Positions 32,496 through 42,650 of a stretch of DNA of 55,598 bases are shown here, piece by piece. The DNA is taken from the sequence record DRR723986_23521; one strand, given 5' to 3'. Each line of letters begins with the position of its first letter. Positions within the stretch are counted from its first letter, which is position 1. Both the position numbers and the translations under genes were made by a program. Below the pieces are notes generated by a model, which saw only the letters and a program-made list of their open reading frames with translations, had not been told where the DNA came from and did not search any database.

Positions 32496-32527
32496 AAAAG
32501 AAAAGAGCTACTCGCATTGAGTAACTC
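32496..32527 (-). terminator. Probable intrinsic terminator after the lipoprotein gene
   Basis: Minus strand GAGTTACTC-aatgc-GAGTAGCTC followed by TTTTCTTTT. Confidence 0.6.
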
Positions 32528-32582
32528 CTTTCATCAACTTAAACTTACTAAAAAATACTAACTTGGGTAAGCGGTTCTGCTA

Positions 32583-34868
32583 TCAATCACAGTTTTGCTC
32601 TAAAACTAATACTGTATTTGGATTATGTAATTCTAATCGGTCACTTTCACACTCAACAACTAGCCAACTTCCAGATATAGCTTGTATGTCTGGACCTGCA
32701 ACATTAGAAAATTCTATTATAACTCCATCTGCTGATTGTGATGTACTATAGGTTGCTGTAACAGTTGTTTCTCCATTAGACATAACAACTACTTGGCTAT
32801 TAGCCTCAAAATTTAAATTCCAGTTTATAAGATTATCATCGCCATTATAGCTTACTGGTATCCATGTACATTCAGCCAAATACGCATCAACTTCTTGCTC
32901 TGTGCAACCAGATGGATTACAATCTTCCAGAAAAAGTCCCATTTCTAAGATTTGATAAATATTTGGGTTTGAGAAAAGCTCTATTCTCACATAAATTGTC
33001 TGAGGATTGGTTATGTTGGTAAAAGATGTTACTTCTGCTAATGGATTAGTACTGCTTTCTGCATCTGCCATGGTTAAATAATAATTTATAGAAACTGTAT
33101 CATTAATTTCGCAGTCTTCTATTTCATTTAATCCTTCATATAGATTAAAAACTTCATACCCATCGTTATTTTCATCGCATAAAACGATATCTGTTGTTTC
33201 AAGACATCCTAAATCATCGGTACAGTCTTCTACATTTAAATAAATAGTGAAAATTTCAAAATTTCCGTTGTCCGCTTCAATTCTCAAATAAACCTCACCT
33301 GCAGCTGACCAATATGATTCTGTATTAGAAATAGCATTTATGTTATTGCTGGCATCAACTTCATTGTTATGGAAAGAAGGCGTAAAATTATATTGACAAT
33401 CTATTAAACCTATTGTATCTGCACTTAAATTAAATTCTGCTTCATTATTCGGACCATTGCATTCTACCAATTCAAAATCACCGAAACAATCAAATACCTC
33501 ATTACCTTGATTATAATCACAGTCTTGCTCTAATTCAATATAATTATTGTCTTTAATGAGATAAATATTTCCGTCTTCACATTCTACTATTTTCCATAGG
33601 CCGTTTACATCTTCAAAACCATTTTCTAGATTAAACTCAATGTATAGTTGAGAACTTACAATCGTAACATCATAAGAGCCAATTACAGTCTCCGTATTGT
33701 CTTGATTAGCTTCTAAAACCTGTCCGTTTTGAGTGAAATAAACATATATAGGAAATACAGAATCAATTAAATCAGTTTCTAATAACCATGCACATTCTAA
33801 AAGGTTGACATTAACTTGAGGTGCTGTACAGTCTAAATCATCTTCACAATCCTGCTCTAGCACAATGGTAAAATCACCACGTTCTATAACTAATTCATCA
33901 TTGTCACATTCTGCAATTAACCAATCACCGCCAAGATGGTCTTGAAAAGCTGTTAAGTCTGATATTGTTAAAACTATACCTTCATCTGAAACACCAAGAT
34001 TCCATGCGCCTCCAATAGCATTAGTTGTATCTCCTTCTGTTATGGCAAGTGTACCATCTTCATAAAATACGAATTGATACATTTCAAAATCATTAAACTC
34101 ATCATTTATATCCCAAGGACACTCAATAAGTAATTCAGTGATGTCTTCCTCGTCGCAATCATTTTCTTCATCAGAATCATCACAATCTTCTTCAGCTATT
34201 TCAATAGCCTCAACTAATTCTTGGTTTGAATTAACTTCTAATGTTTCTCCATTGGCATACTCCAATGTTACAGGATAGTTTAAACTAACTATTAAAACAT
34301 TATCGTCGTCTTCTAATTCATCTAAGAAAACATACAATTGCTGATCATTTTCAATTACAACAGTATCAATAAAATCAAATTCATTATTAAAAACAGAAAA
34401 TGAAATAGGGTATACAAAATCTACACACTCTATTACATCATCATCTTCATCGCATTGTTCTATAAAATCTTCTAACTCATCTTCGTTTTCTATAATAATT
34501 TCTGAATAGTCACTAAAGATTATTGTTATTGGAAAGACAAAATCTAAAAACTCTTCGTCATCATCTAACTCATCAAAAAAATCCTCAAGTTGTTCAAGGT
34601 CTGATTCTATCTCAATAACGATAGTAATATCGCTAACAACAATAGTTACTGGTAATTCTACAGAAAAACAACTAGACTCGTCTAAGATATTATCTGCAGC
34701 TCCAAAATTTGCAGTAGCTCTACTCATTAAATCTGCCAATGCAGAAGTTGGTTCTAAAGTTTCTTGACTGTCTGTATTATCAACTTCAGATGTTTCATCT
34801 TGACAGGCTGTTAAACTGAAAAGGGCAAAAAGGAATAAGAAAAATGTGTGTCTAAATTTGATAGTCAT
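32583..34868 (-). CDS. Large acidic, Cys-rich repeat lipoprotein
   Basis: Lipobox LTAC; very Asp/Glu rich; repeated LxECxW domains and CDENNDG...IYVRIE modules. Confidence 0.85.
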   Translation of the reverse strand: MTIKFRHTFFLFLFALFSLTACQDETSEVDNTDSQETLEPTSALADLMSRATANFGAADNILDESSCFSVELPVTIVVSDITIVIEIESDLEQLEDFFDELDDDEEFLDFVFPITIIFSDYSEIIIENEDELEDFIEQCDEDDDVIECVDFVYPISFSVFNNEFDFIDTVVIENDQQLYVFLDELEDDDNVLIVSLNYPVTLEYANGETLEVNSNQELVEAIEIAEEDCDDSDEENDCDEEDITELLIECPWDINDEFNDFEMYQFVFYEDGTLAITEGDTTNAIGGAWNLGVSDEGIVLTISDLTAFQDHLGGDWLIAECDNDELVIERGDFTIVLEQDCEDDLDCTAPQVNVNLLECAWLLETDLIDSVFPIYVYFTQNGQVLEANQDNTETVIGSYDVTIVSSQLYIEFNLENGFEDVNGLWKIVECEDGNIYLIKDNNYIELEQDCDYNQGNEVFDCFGDFELVECNGPNNEAEFNLSADTIGLIDCQYNFTPSFHNNEVDASNNINAISNTESYWSAAGEVYLRIEADNGNFEIFTIYLNVEDCTDDLGCLETTDIVLCDENNDGYEVFNLYEGLNEIEDCEINDTVSINYYLTMADAESSTNPLAEVTSFTNITNPQTIYVRIELFSNPNIYQILEMGLFLEDCNPSGCTEQEVDAYLAECTWIPVSYNGDDNLINWNLNFEANSQVVVMSNGETTVTATYSTSQSADGVIIEFSNVAGPDIQAISGSWLVVECESDRLELHNPNTVLVLEQNCD

Positions 34869-34893
34869 AATGTAGGTAATTTGTCTATTTAAA

Positions 34894-34925
34894 TATATAA
34901 CAAGTATATCTTAAATACTCCTACC
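34894..34925 (-). promoter_or_regulatory. Candidate ECF sigma promoter, copy 2
   Basis: GGTAGG-AGTATTTAAGATATAC-TTGTTATATA, 25 nt before the lipoprotein ATG. Confidence 0.65.
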
Positions 34926-34970
34926 GCCAATTTTAAAAAATAATTTATAATTTGTGACCTTATCAAAATT

Positions 34971-35486
34971 ATGAGCAAACCTCTACAAGACAATATTTGT
35001 AATAATCTCTTATTTGAGCGGTGTTATAAAAAACATGCTAAAAATCTTCATGCCTTTTTATACTATAAATTCGGAGATCATTTAAACCCTGAAGATAAAG
35101 TACAAGAGGCGTTTATAAAACTTTGGCAAAATTGCGCAAAAGTTTCTCCTGATAAAGCAAAGAGCTTTTTGTTTACCACAGCAAATAATCTGATGCTCAA
35201 TGCAGTTGCACACCAAAAAGTGGTATTAAAATATAAAGCCATACCTAAAAAGACTGCAACCAATGAATCACCGGAATTTCTACTCCAAGAGAAAGAATAT
35301 CATGTTAAATTACAGAAAGCTATTTCTAATTTAACTGAAGCCCAACGTATTGCATTTTTGCTTAATAGAGTTGAAGGAAAGCGCTTTAAGGAAATTGCAG
35401 CATTACTCGACATTTCTACGAAAGCAGTAGAAAAACGAATTTATGGTGCATTGAAAAAACTAAGAGAAGATATTCAAGAATTATGA
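34971..35486 (+). CDS. ECF RNA polymerase sigma-70 factor
   Basis: EDKVQEAFIKLW (region 2), FLLNRVEGKRFKEIAALLDISTKAVEKRI (region 4 HTH). Confidence 0.95.
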   Translation: MSKPLQDNICNNLLFERCYKKHAKNLHAFLYYKFGDHLNPEDKVQEAFIKLWQNCAKVSPDKAKSFLFTTANNLMLNAVAHQKVVLKYKAIPKKTATNESPEFLLQEKEYHVKLQKAISNLTEAQRIAFLLNRVEGKRFKEIAALLDISTKAVEKRIYGALKKLREDIQEL

Positions 35487-35502
35487 ATGATATAAGATAG
35501 AG

Positions 35503-35534
35503 GGTAGGAAAAAATAAACTCAGACTGTTATATT
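35503..35534 (+). promoter_or_regulatory. Candidate ECF sigma promoter, copy 3
   Basis: GGTAGG-AAAAAATAAACTCAGA-CTGTTATATT, 14 nt before the FecR-family ATG. Confidence 0.65.
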
Positions 35535-35548
35535 GATGAATACATATT

Positions 35549-36445
35549 ATGAACAGAGAAGATTTAATAAAAAAATGGTTAGATAATAATCTAAATTCTG
35601 AAGAGCAACTAGCTTTTGAGAACTTAGAAGATTATGACAATCTTATTAAGATGAACAATGCGGTACAAAATTTTAAGGCACCTCATTTTGATTCTGATAC
35701 CGCTTACAATACTTTAAATTCTCAAATAGAAACTTATCTTACTGCTAAAAGACAATGGTTTAAACCATTACTTAAAATAGCCGCTATTTTAGCTATAGGA
35801 TTTAGTTTTTACTATTACACCACCACTTTAGACACTAATTTTAACACACAAATTGCTGAGCAAATTACCGTTGAATTACCAGACGAATCTGTGGTAAAAT
35901 TAAATTCTAGTTCTCATTTAGTATTTAATGAAAAAAGTTGGAGCAAAAGCAGACAAGTAAAACTACAAGGTGAAGCATTTTTTAAAGTTGCTAAAGGCCA
36001 AAAATTTGATGTGTTAACTGACGACGGTATAGTTAGCGTTTTAGGCACACAATTTAATGTGAAACAGCGCAAAAATTATTTTGAAGTTACATGTTACGAG
36101 GGATTAGTAGCCGTGAGTTATAAGGATAAGAAACAACAACTTAAACCAGGAAACAATTTTAAAGTTATTGATGGGAAATATATTGCGAATGAAAAAGAAA
36201 TTATTACACAATCATCTTGGCTAAAGGGAGAAAGTCATTTTAAGGCTACTCCTTTAAAATACGTTATTTCTGAATTACAAAATCAGTATAATGTAAAAGT
36301 TAATTCTAAGCAGATTGACACATCACGCCTCTTTACCGGTACTTTTATTCATAATAATCTTGATTTAGCGTTGCAGTCTATAACAATACCTTTAAATTTA
36401 ACCTTTAGTAAATTAGATAATACCATAATTCTAAAGCGTGAATAA
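35549..36445 (+). CDS. FecR family anti-sigma factor
   Basis: One TM segment; LPDESVVKLNSSS, LQGEAFFKV, VLGTQFNV, FTGTF. Confidence 0.93.
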   Translation: MNREDLIKKWLDNNLNSEEQLAFENLEDYDNLIKMNNAVQNFKAPHFDSDTAYNTLNSQIETYLTAKRQWFKPLLKIAAILAIGFSFYYYTTTLDTNFNTQIAEQITVELPDESVVKLNSSSHLVFNEKSWSKSRQVKLQGEAFFKVAKGQKFDVLTDDGIVSVLGTQFNVKQRKNYFEVTCYEGLVAVSYKDKKQQLKPGNNFKVIDGKYIANEKEIITQSSWLKGESHFKATPLKYVISELQNQYNVKVNSKQIDTSRLFTGTFIHNNLDLALQSITIPLNLTFSKLDNTIILKRE

Positions 36446-38741
36446 ACTATTACAGCGAATAGTTTTTTGTTTATTATTTGTTACCTCTTTTAACCTTGTC
36501 TATAGCCAGAATCAAGAGGAACCACAATCGCTCGCTATTATACTTACTCAATTAGAAAATAAATACCACGTTAAATTTTCTTTTGAACCTAAAGCAATTG
36601 AAGGCATTAAGATTTTACCTATTAAATCTGATTTAACTTTTAATGAGGCCATTGACTTACTGATTTCTCTAACTCCCTTAAAGTTTAAAATACTCAGTGA
36701 TAGATTTATAGCAATAACTATTGATCCATTAAAAAGTGTACAAGAACTAGAAGAAGTTGTTATTACCAATTTCCTAACAAAAGGTATTTCGAAAACGATT
36801 AATGGCAAAGTAAAGGTTAAAACCAATCAGTTTAATATTTTACCTGGTTTAATAGAACCAGATGTGTTGCAAATTGTACAAAACATTCCTGGTATTATCA
36901 GTGTCGATGAACGTATTTCTAATCTTAATATTAGAGGCGGAACCAACGATCAAAATCTTGTACTATATGAAGGCATACGTATGTATCAAACAGGTCATTT
37001 TTTTGGTCTAATCTCTGCTTTTAATCCTTATCTAACACAAAATGTAGAAATTTCTAAAAATGGTACCAGTTCTAAATTTGGTAACGGTGTTTCTAGCATA
37101 TTATCTATAAACAATTCAGATTACATAAATAATAACACTAAAGCAGGAATTGGTGGTAATTTATTGAGTGTAGATGGTTTTGCAAAAATAGCTCTATCAG
37201 AAAATAAAGAATTACAGTTATCCGCCAGGCGTTCTTATACAGACCTTATCGTATCTACAACTTACGACTCTTACTTTGATCGTATATTTAGAGATTCTGA
37301 GCTTAATGCTGAAAACGATATAAATACTCTGCTATCACTAGACGAACGCTTTTTATTTTATGACTTTAATGCCAAGTTTTTATATGATATCAATTCATCT
37401 TCTAATCTACGGGTAAATGTATTAAACATATACAATAAATTAGATTACGATCAAATTTTCACAAATTCTAAAAACGATTTTCAGGAAAGCAAAAGCACGA
37501 TTAATCAGGTAAGTTATGGTGCAAGTCTCACATACTCTAAAATATGGTCTAATGGCTTTCAATCTGCTATACAAGCCTACTACTCAAATTACAATCTCGA
37601 TGCAGAAAATAGAGACATTACAAATTCACAAACACTAGCTCAAGAGAATAAAGTTGAAGATTATGGCATAAGATTAGACTTTATTAAAACTATAAATAAC
37701 AATACCAAATTCAACAGTGGTTATCAACTTAATGAAGTTGGTGTTACAAATTTTGAAGATGTTACAAATCCTAACTTTACAAGCTTGGTTAAAGAAATTA
37801 TTAGAAATCATGCTATTTTTGGAGAAACAGAATACTACTCTAACTCTAGAAACACGTTTTTGAGACTAGGTGCACGGATAAGTTATTTTGAAAAGCTAAA
37901 AGAGCTTCGCTTAGAACCAAGGTTTTCATTTAATCAAAAAATATCTGACGCTTTAAGATTAGAGATTTTAAGTGAACTAAAAAGTCAATCAATTACACAG
38001 ATAATTGATTTACAGCAAGACTTTTTTGGTATAGAAAAAAGACGTTGGCAATTAGCTAATACCACAAACGTCCCTTTAATTAGAAGTCAACAGGCATCAG
38101 TTGGCCTTAGCTATAATAAAAATGAACTCTTAGTCTCTATTGAAGCTTATTATAAAAACGTAGATAATATTACGGCTCGCAGTCAAGGATTTCAAAATCA
38201 ATTTCAATTTGTAAATGATATTGGTGCATATACTGTAAAAGGGATTGATTTTTTGGTTAATAAAAAGTTCCAAAATTTTAGTTCATGGTTAAGTTATACT
38301 TATAGCACAAATGATTATCAATTTGAAAACTTAAATAGTGGTAAGGCTTTTGCAAATACATTAGACCTAAGACACGTCGCTAATGCTTCCTTAACCTATA
38401 ATTTAAAAAACTTAAAAGTAGGTTTGGGTCTTAATTGGCATTCTGGCAGACCATATACAAAACCGCTTACTAATCAGAATACAGGTAACGCTGAAATTGA
38501 TTATCAATCACCCAATAGTTCTCGTTTAGACGACTACTTTAGAACAGATATCTCAGCCATTTATGACTTTACCATATCAAGAGGAATTAAAGCACAAGTA
38601 GGAGCTTCAATATGGAATATATTTAACCAGAATAATACAATAAATCGTTATTATACTTTTAATGCTGATGATAATATCATTCAAATAGATAATAGATCAT
38701 TACGGTTTACACCAAATTTCAGTTTTAGACTCAACTTCTAA
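36438..38741 (+). CDS. TonB-dependent receptor with N-terminal STN-like signalling domain
   Basis: Signal peptide; LTQLENKYHVKFSF (STN-like), LEEVVI, PGIIS, NIRGG..DQNL plug, C-terminal Phe; GTG start overlaps the FecR-family stop. Confidence 0.9.
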   Translation: MNKLLQRIVFCLLFVTSFNLVYSQNQEEPQSLAIILTQLENKYHVKFSFEPKAIEGIKILPIKSDLTFNEAIDLLISLTPLKFKILSDRFIAITIDPLKSVQELEEVVITNFLTKGISKTINGKVKVKTNQFNILPGLIEPDVLQIVQNIPGIISVDERISNLNIRGGTNDQNLVLYEGIRMYQTGHFFGLISAFNPYLTQNVEISKNGTSSKFGNGVSSILSINNSDYINNNTKAGIGGNLLSVDGFAKIALSENKELQLSARRSYTDLIVSTTYDSYFDRIFRDSELNAENDINTLLSLDERFLFYDFNAKFLYDINSSSNLRVNVLNIYNKLDYDQIFTNSKNDFQESKSTINQVSYGASLTYSKIWSNGFQSAIQAYYSNYNLDAENRDITNSQTLAQENKVEDYGIRLDFIKTINNNTKFNSGYQLNEVGVTNFEDVTNPNFTSLVKEIIRNHAIFGETEYYSNSRNTFLRLGARISYFEKLKELRLEPRFSFNQKISDALRLEILSELKSQSITQIIDLQQDFFGIEKRRWQLANTTNVPLIRSQQASVGLSYNKNELLVSIEAYYKNVDNITARSQGFQNQFQFVNDIGAYTVKGIDFLVNKKFQNFSSWLSYTYSTNDYQFENLNSGKAFANTLDLRHVANASLTYNLKNLKVGLGLNWHSGRPYTKPLTNQNTGNAEIDYQSPNSSRLDDYFRTDISAIYDFTISRGIKAQVGASIWNIFNQNNTINRYYTFNADDNIIQIDNRSLRFTPNFSFRLNF

Positions 38742-38787
38742 TTCTGCCTATTTAATTCTTATCTCTAGACCGCTAACTAACTTAATA

Positions 38788-39333
38788 ATGACAGAAGAAG
38801 AATTATATAAGCTGAAATTTCCAACTGGTGAGTTTAATAAGCCCGACACCATAAATCCCGCTCACATAAATAAGTGGATAGAAGCCATTGAGCGCTTACC
38901 ACAATCAATCGTATCCGTTACAAAAGATCTTTCTGAAGAACAACTTAATTACAAATACCGCCCTGATGGCTGGACAATAAAGCAGGTAGTACACCATTGT
39001 GCAGATAGTCACATGAATAGTATCATTAGATTTAAATTAACACTTACTGAAGATTCACCAATCATAAGGCCTTATTTTGAAGATCGTTTTGCCAAACTAA
39101 TTGATTATAAAGAACCTATTGAAACCTCAATTTCAATATTAAACGGTGTTCATAAAAAGCTAGTAATATTATTAAATAACCTAAGTGAATCAGATTTAAA
39201 ACGCGAATATATACACCCAGAATATGGCACTTGCTACTCTATAGAAGAAGCTATAGGTGTCTATGGCTGGCACAGTAATCAACATTTAGAATATGTAAAG
39301 CAAGCTTTGAGATTTCAAGGAAAGTTCAACTAA
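38788..39333 (+). CDS. YfiT/BstA-like DinB-family thiol transferase
   Basis: YRPDGWTIKQVVHHCADSH, RFKLTLTE..P.IRPY.E, WHSNQH. Confidence 0.88.
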   Translation: MTEEELYKLKFPTGEFNKPDTINPAHINKWIEAIERLPQSIVSVTKDLSEEQLNYKYRPDGWTIKQVVHHCADSHMNSIIRFKLTLTEDSPIIRPYFEDRFAKLIDYKEPIETSISILNGVHKKLVILLNNLSESDLKREYIHPEYGTCYSIEEAIGVYGWHSNQHLEYVKQALRFQGKFN

Positions 39334-39334
39334 A

Positions 39335-39363
39335 AAAAATCCTGGACAAAATCCAGGATTTTT
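39335..39363. terminator. Bidirectional intrinsic terminator
   Basis: AAAAATCCTGGA-caaaa-TCCAGGATTTTT between convergent genes. Confidence 0.85.
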
Positions 39364-39367
39364 AAAT

Positions 39368-40666
39368 TTATGAATTGCCGTTTTTAGCTTTATTTTTCTC
39401 CTTTTCTTTTTTAATACTATTACTTATTTTTTTAATAGCACTTTCAATAGATTTATCAGGTTCTATTAAATTGTATTCTCCCCAGAAATCTGGATCTGAA
39501 AAACCTGAAATGGCATCTGTGATAATAACCGATGGTCTTAATCTATCTTTATTTTTAATTTTTTTGTCTTTTGTATTTATTTCCCAATCTGTTACTGCCA
39601 TTTCACTGGCCAATGTGTACACTTTGTTAAAAATCTGACGCTTCTTATTTACCTTAAATTTTAAGCTCAAATTAGAATAACTGTAGTACCACTTTCCTCC
39701 TCTAGCTTTATAATCTACTCTGTAATTTGCTTCTAATGGATACACAATTATATCTCTAGGTTTTTTTCTAACCAGTAAATTCTTAGTTTTACTCTTATTA
39801 CTTACATCTAAAGCGTATTGCGCACTGACTAATGCTAATGATTGTACATCAATATATAATTTGCCATTATAATTATAGTTTAGTCCACTATTTTTTGAAC
39901 TAAAATTAACCACATAAACGTTTCTGTTATTTAAAGTAGACGCATCCCCAAAAGAAAAATCGTAACTACCAATAGACTCATCGGTAAAAATATATTCAGG
40001 ATATTTCATCAAATCCAGATATATCGTCGAAAAAGGACCTCCTTGTAGTTTTACAGACACGGTATCTAAACGCTTATAATCTGTACTTTTTCTTGCCTTA
40101 CCTAATTGTATAGCATCTCGTTGAGAAGATGTGTGTGGCTGTTTTAAAATATTAACAACTGCCTCTGTTAAGGAAACATTTCTATTACGCCGTTTTATGG
40201 TCTCCCTATAAAATGCCGTCATATAAACTGACTCATCTTGTAAATTCCTATACTTATCATCAAAGACTTTCCTAACCAAACTTTCAGCGTTTTTGTAAGT
40301 AGTAATACTTACCTCAGAAAGTTCTGTCACAGCTTCGTACAATTTAATCTTATTGTTATCCTTTTTTAGTTCAGTCAATGGTATAACTCTGGTATTGTAA
40401 CCTAATAAAGCAAATACAATCTTAGAATCTACATATTTATTTGGCACCTTAAGAATAAACCCTCCCTCTGAATTAGTGATAGTATTAATGTTAGTTTTAT
40501 GAATATTTAAGCTTACAGCTTCTAGTGCCTTATTAGAACTACCATCAACTACTTTTCCTCTATACTCAGTAAAATCACTTTGTCCAATGACGGACATTGA
40601 AAAAAATAGTGCAATTAAAAGTGAAAATGCACCGTAACCCGATTTGAATATAAAACGTGCCATCAT
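39368..40666 (-). CDS. Carboxypeptidase-like regulatory domain-containing secreted protein
   Basis: GKVVD...TITNSEGGF...LGY...LSEVSI N-terminal domain; AFYRE, DPDFWGEYN. Confidence 0.85.
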   Translation of the reverse strand: MMARFIFKSGYGAFSLLIALFFSMSVIGQSDFTEYRGKVVDGSSNKALEAVSLNIHKTNINTITNSEGGFILKVPNKYVDSKIVFALLGYNTRVIPLTELKKDNNKIKLYEAVTELSEVSITTYKNAESLVRKVFDDKYRNLQDESVYMTAFYRETIKRRNRNVSLTEAVVNILKQPHTSSQRDAIQLGKARKSTDYKRLDTVSVKLQGGPFSTIYLDLMKYPEYIFTDESIGSYDFSFGDASTLNNRNVYVVNFSSKNSGLNYNYNGKLYIDVQSLALVSAQYALDVSNKSKTKNLLVRKKPRDIIVYPLEANYRVDYKARGGKWYYSYSNLSLKFKVNKKRQIFNKVYTLASEMAVTDWEINTKDKKIKNKDRLRPSVIITDAISGFSDPDFWGEYNLIEPDKSIESAIKKISNSIKKEKEKNKAKNGNS

Positions 40667-40788
40667 TTTAAGTTTTAATTAATGTGAAGAAGTAAAAACC
40701 ACTTCTAGTAAAGATACGGATAAACGCTTAGTTTCTCAACTAAATTAACGTTAAAAAAGGACCTTGTAAGAGAAGTATTATAGCTTTA

Positions 40789-42561
40789 TTACATGCGCTC
40801 TGGTACGTCAATACCTAAGACTTTAAATCCATTTTTAATAGTAACTCCAACTGAATTGGATAATGCCACTCTAAAACGTTTTTCTTCTTCCTTATCTGCT
40901 CCTAGAATAGATACATTTTGGTAGAATGAGTTAAAATCTTTAACCAAGTCATATATATAATTTGCTATAAGTGCCGGACTGTGCTGATCCGCTGCATTTT
41001 GTATAACCTCAGGAAATAGTTCGAGTTGTTTTAATAGCTGTTTCTCTTTATTGTGTAGTGCTATTTGTGACACTTCTAAGTCATTTCCGTTCGATTTTCT
41101 TAATATTGATTGAATACGTGCATACGTGTATTGTATAAACGGCCCTGTATTTCCTTGAAAATCTATAGATTCTTTTGGGTCAAATAATATTCTTTTTTTA
41201 GGATCAACCTTTAGGATATAATACTTTAACGCACCTAAACCGATAGTCTTATATAATGCTTTCTTTTCAGCTTCAGAATATTCATCAAGCTTACCCAACT
41301 CCTTAGAGATTTCTTCTGCAGTATCTGCCATTTCTTGAATTAAATCATCAGCATCTACAACAGTTCCTTCTCTACTTTTCATTTTTCCGCTTGGCAAATC
41401 AACCATACCATAACTTAGATGATACAAGTTTTTAGCCCAATCAAATCCAAGTTTTTTAAGAATTAAGAATAAAACCTTAAAATGATAATCTTGTTCATTA
41501 CCTACGGTATAAACCATACCACCAACATCAGGGTAATCCTTAAGTCGCTGAATTGCTGTTCCTATATCTTGGGTCATATAAACGGCAGTACCATCGCTCC
41601 TAAGAACTATTTTTTCATCTAAACCGTCTTCAGTTAAATCACACCAAACAGAACCATCTTCCTTTTTAAAGAAAACACCTGTTTTTAAACCTTCAGAAAT
41701 AAATTCTTTACCTAACAAATACGTCTGACTTTCATAATAATACTTATCAAAATCAACACCGATCGCTTTGTAGGTTTGTTCAAATCCTTCATAAACCCAA
41801 CCATTCATTTTCTTCCAAAGTGCAACTACATCTTCATCTCCTGCCTCCCATTTTCTTAGCATTTCTTGTGCTTCTAATAAAATAGGCGCATTTTTCTTAG
41901 CTTCTGCTTCCTCTGAACCATTAGCAATTAAATCTGAAATCTCAGCTTTATAAGCTCTGTCAAATTTCACATAGTAATTACCTACCAATTTATCACCTTT
42001 TAAACCAGTCGATTGTGGAGTTTCACCATTACCAAAACGCTGCCACGCTAACATACTTTTGCAAATATGAATCCCTCTATCATTTATAATTTGAGTTTTA
42101 TAAACTTTTTTCCCTGAAGCCTTTAATATTTCCGCTACACTATAACCCAATAAAACATTTCTAACATGTCCTAAGTGCAATGGCTTATTGGTGTTTGGCG
42201 AAGAATACTCAACCATTACAGCTTTATCATCGGTTATATCTAAAAAACCATAATCAGCTTCGTTTTTAATACTTTTGAAAAAATCAACGTAGTAAGAATC
42301 ATCTATTTCAATATTCAAGAAACCTTTAACTACATTAAAACCTTTAACTAAATCTACATTATCTTGTAAGTACTGACCAACTTGCTCTCCAATTATTGCT
42401 GGATTTCCTTTAACCACACGTAACATTGGAAACACAACGACTGTAATATCACCAGCAAACTCTTTTCTAGTAGCCTGAAATTCTACAGTTTCTAACTCGG
42501 CCTTAAATAAGGATTTTACTGCTGACTTTACGTGTAAATCTAATGTCTCTTGAAGCTTCAT
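40789..42561 (-). CDS. argS: Arginine--tRNA ligase
   Basis: VEYSSPNTNKPLHLGH, KMKSREG, GNTGPFIQYTYAR, PERM end; TATCTTTG at 42594-42601. Confidence 0.98.
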   Translation of the reverse strand: MKLQETLDLHVKSAVKSLFKAELETVEFQATRKEFAGDITVVVFPMLRVVKGNPAIIGEQVGQYLQDNVDLVKGFNVVKGFLNIEIDDSYYVDFFKSIKNEADYGFLDITDDKAVMVEYSSPNTNKPLHLGHVRNVLLGYSVAEILKASGKKVYKTQIINDRGIHICKSMLAWQRFGNGETPQSTGLKGDKLVGNYYVKFDRAYKAEISDLIANGSEEAEAKKNAPILLEAQEMLRKWEAGDEDVVALWKKMNGWVYEGFEQTYKAIGVDFDKYYYESQTYLLGKEFISEGLKTGVFFKKEDGSVWCDLTEDGLDEKIVLRSDGTAVYMTQDIGTAIQRLKDYPDVGGMVYTVGNEQDYHFKVLFLILKKLGFDWAKNLYHLSYGMVDLPSGKMKSREGTVVDADDLIQEMADTAEEISKELGKLDEYSEAEKKALYKTIGLGALKYYILKVDPKKRILFDPKESIDFQGNTGPFIQYTYARIQSILRKSNGNDLEVSQIALHNKEKQLLKQLELFPEVIQNAADQHSPALIANYIYDLVKDFNSFYQNVSILGADKEEEKRFRVALSNSVGVTIKNGFKVLGIDVPERM

Positions 42562-42650
42562 TTGCTTTTGTTCTTAGCGTTTGTAAACGGCAGCAAAGAT
42601 AGCAGTTTTATTATTTTAATTATGATTAAATTTGAACAAGATCTATTTGA

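Noticed and set aside
39265-39290. WHSNQH in the YfiT-like protein as loss of a metal ligand
   Set aside because: The HxxxH spacing is retained, so there is no evidence of inactivation
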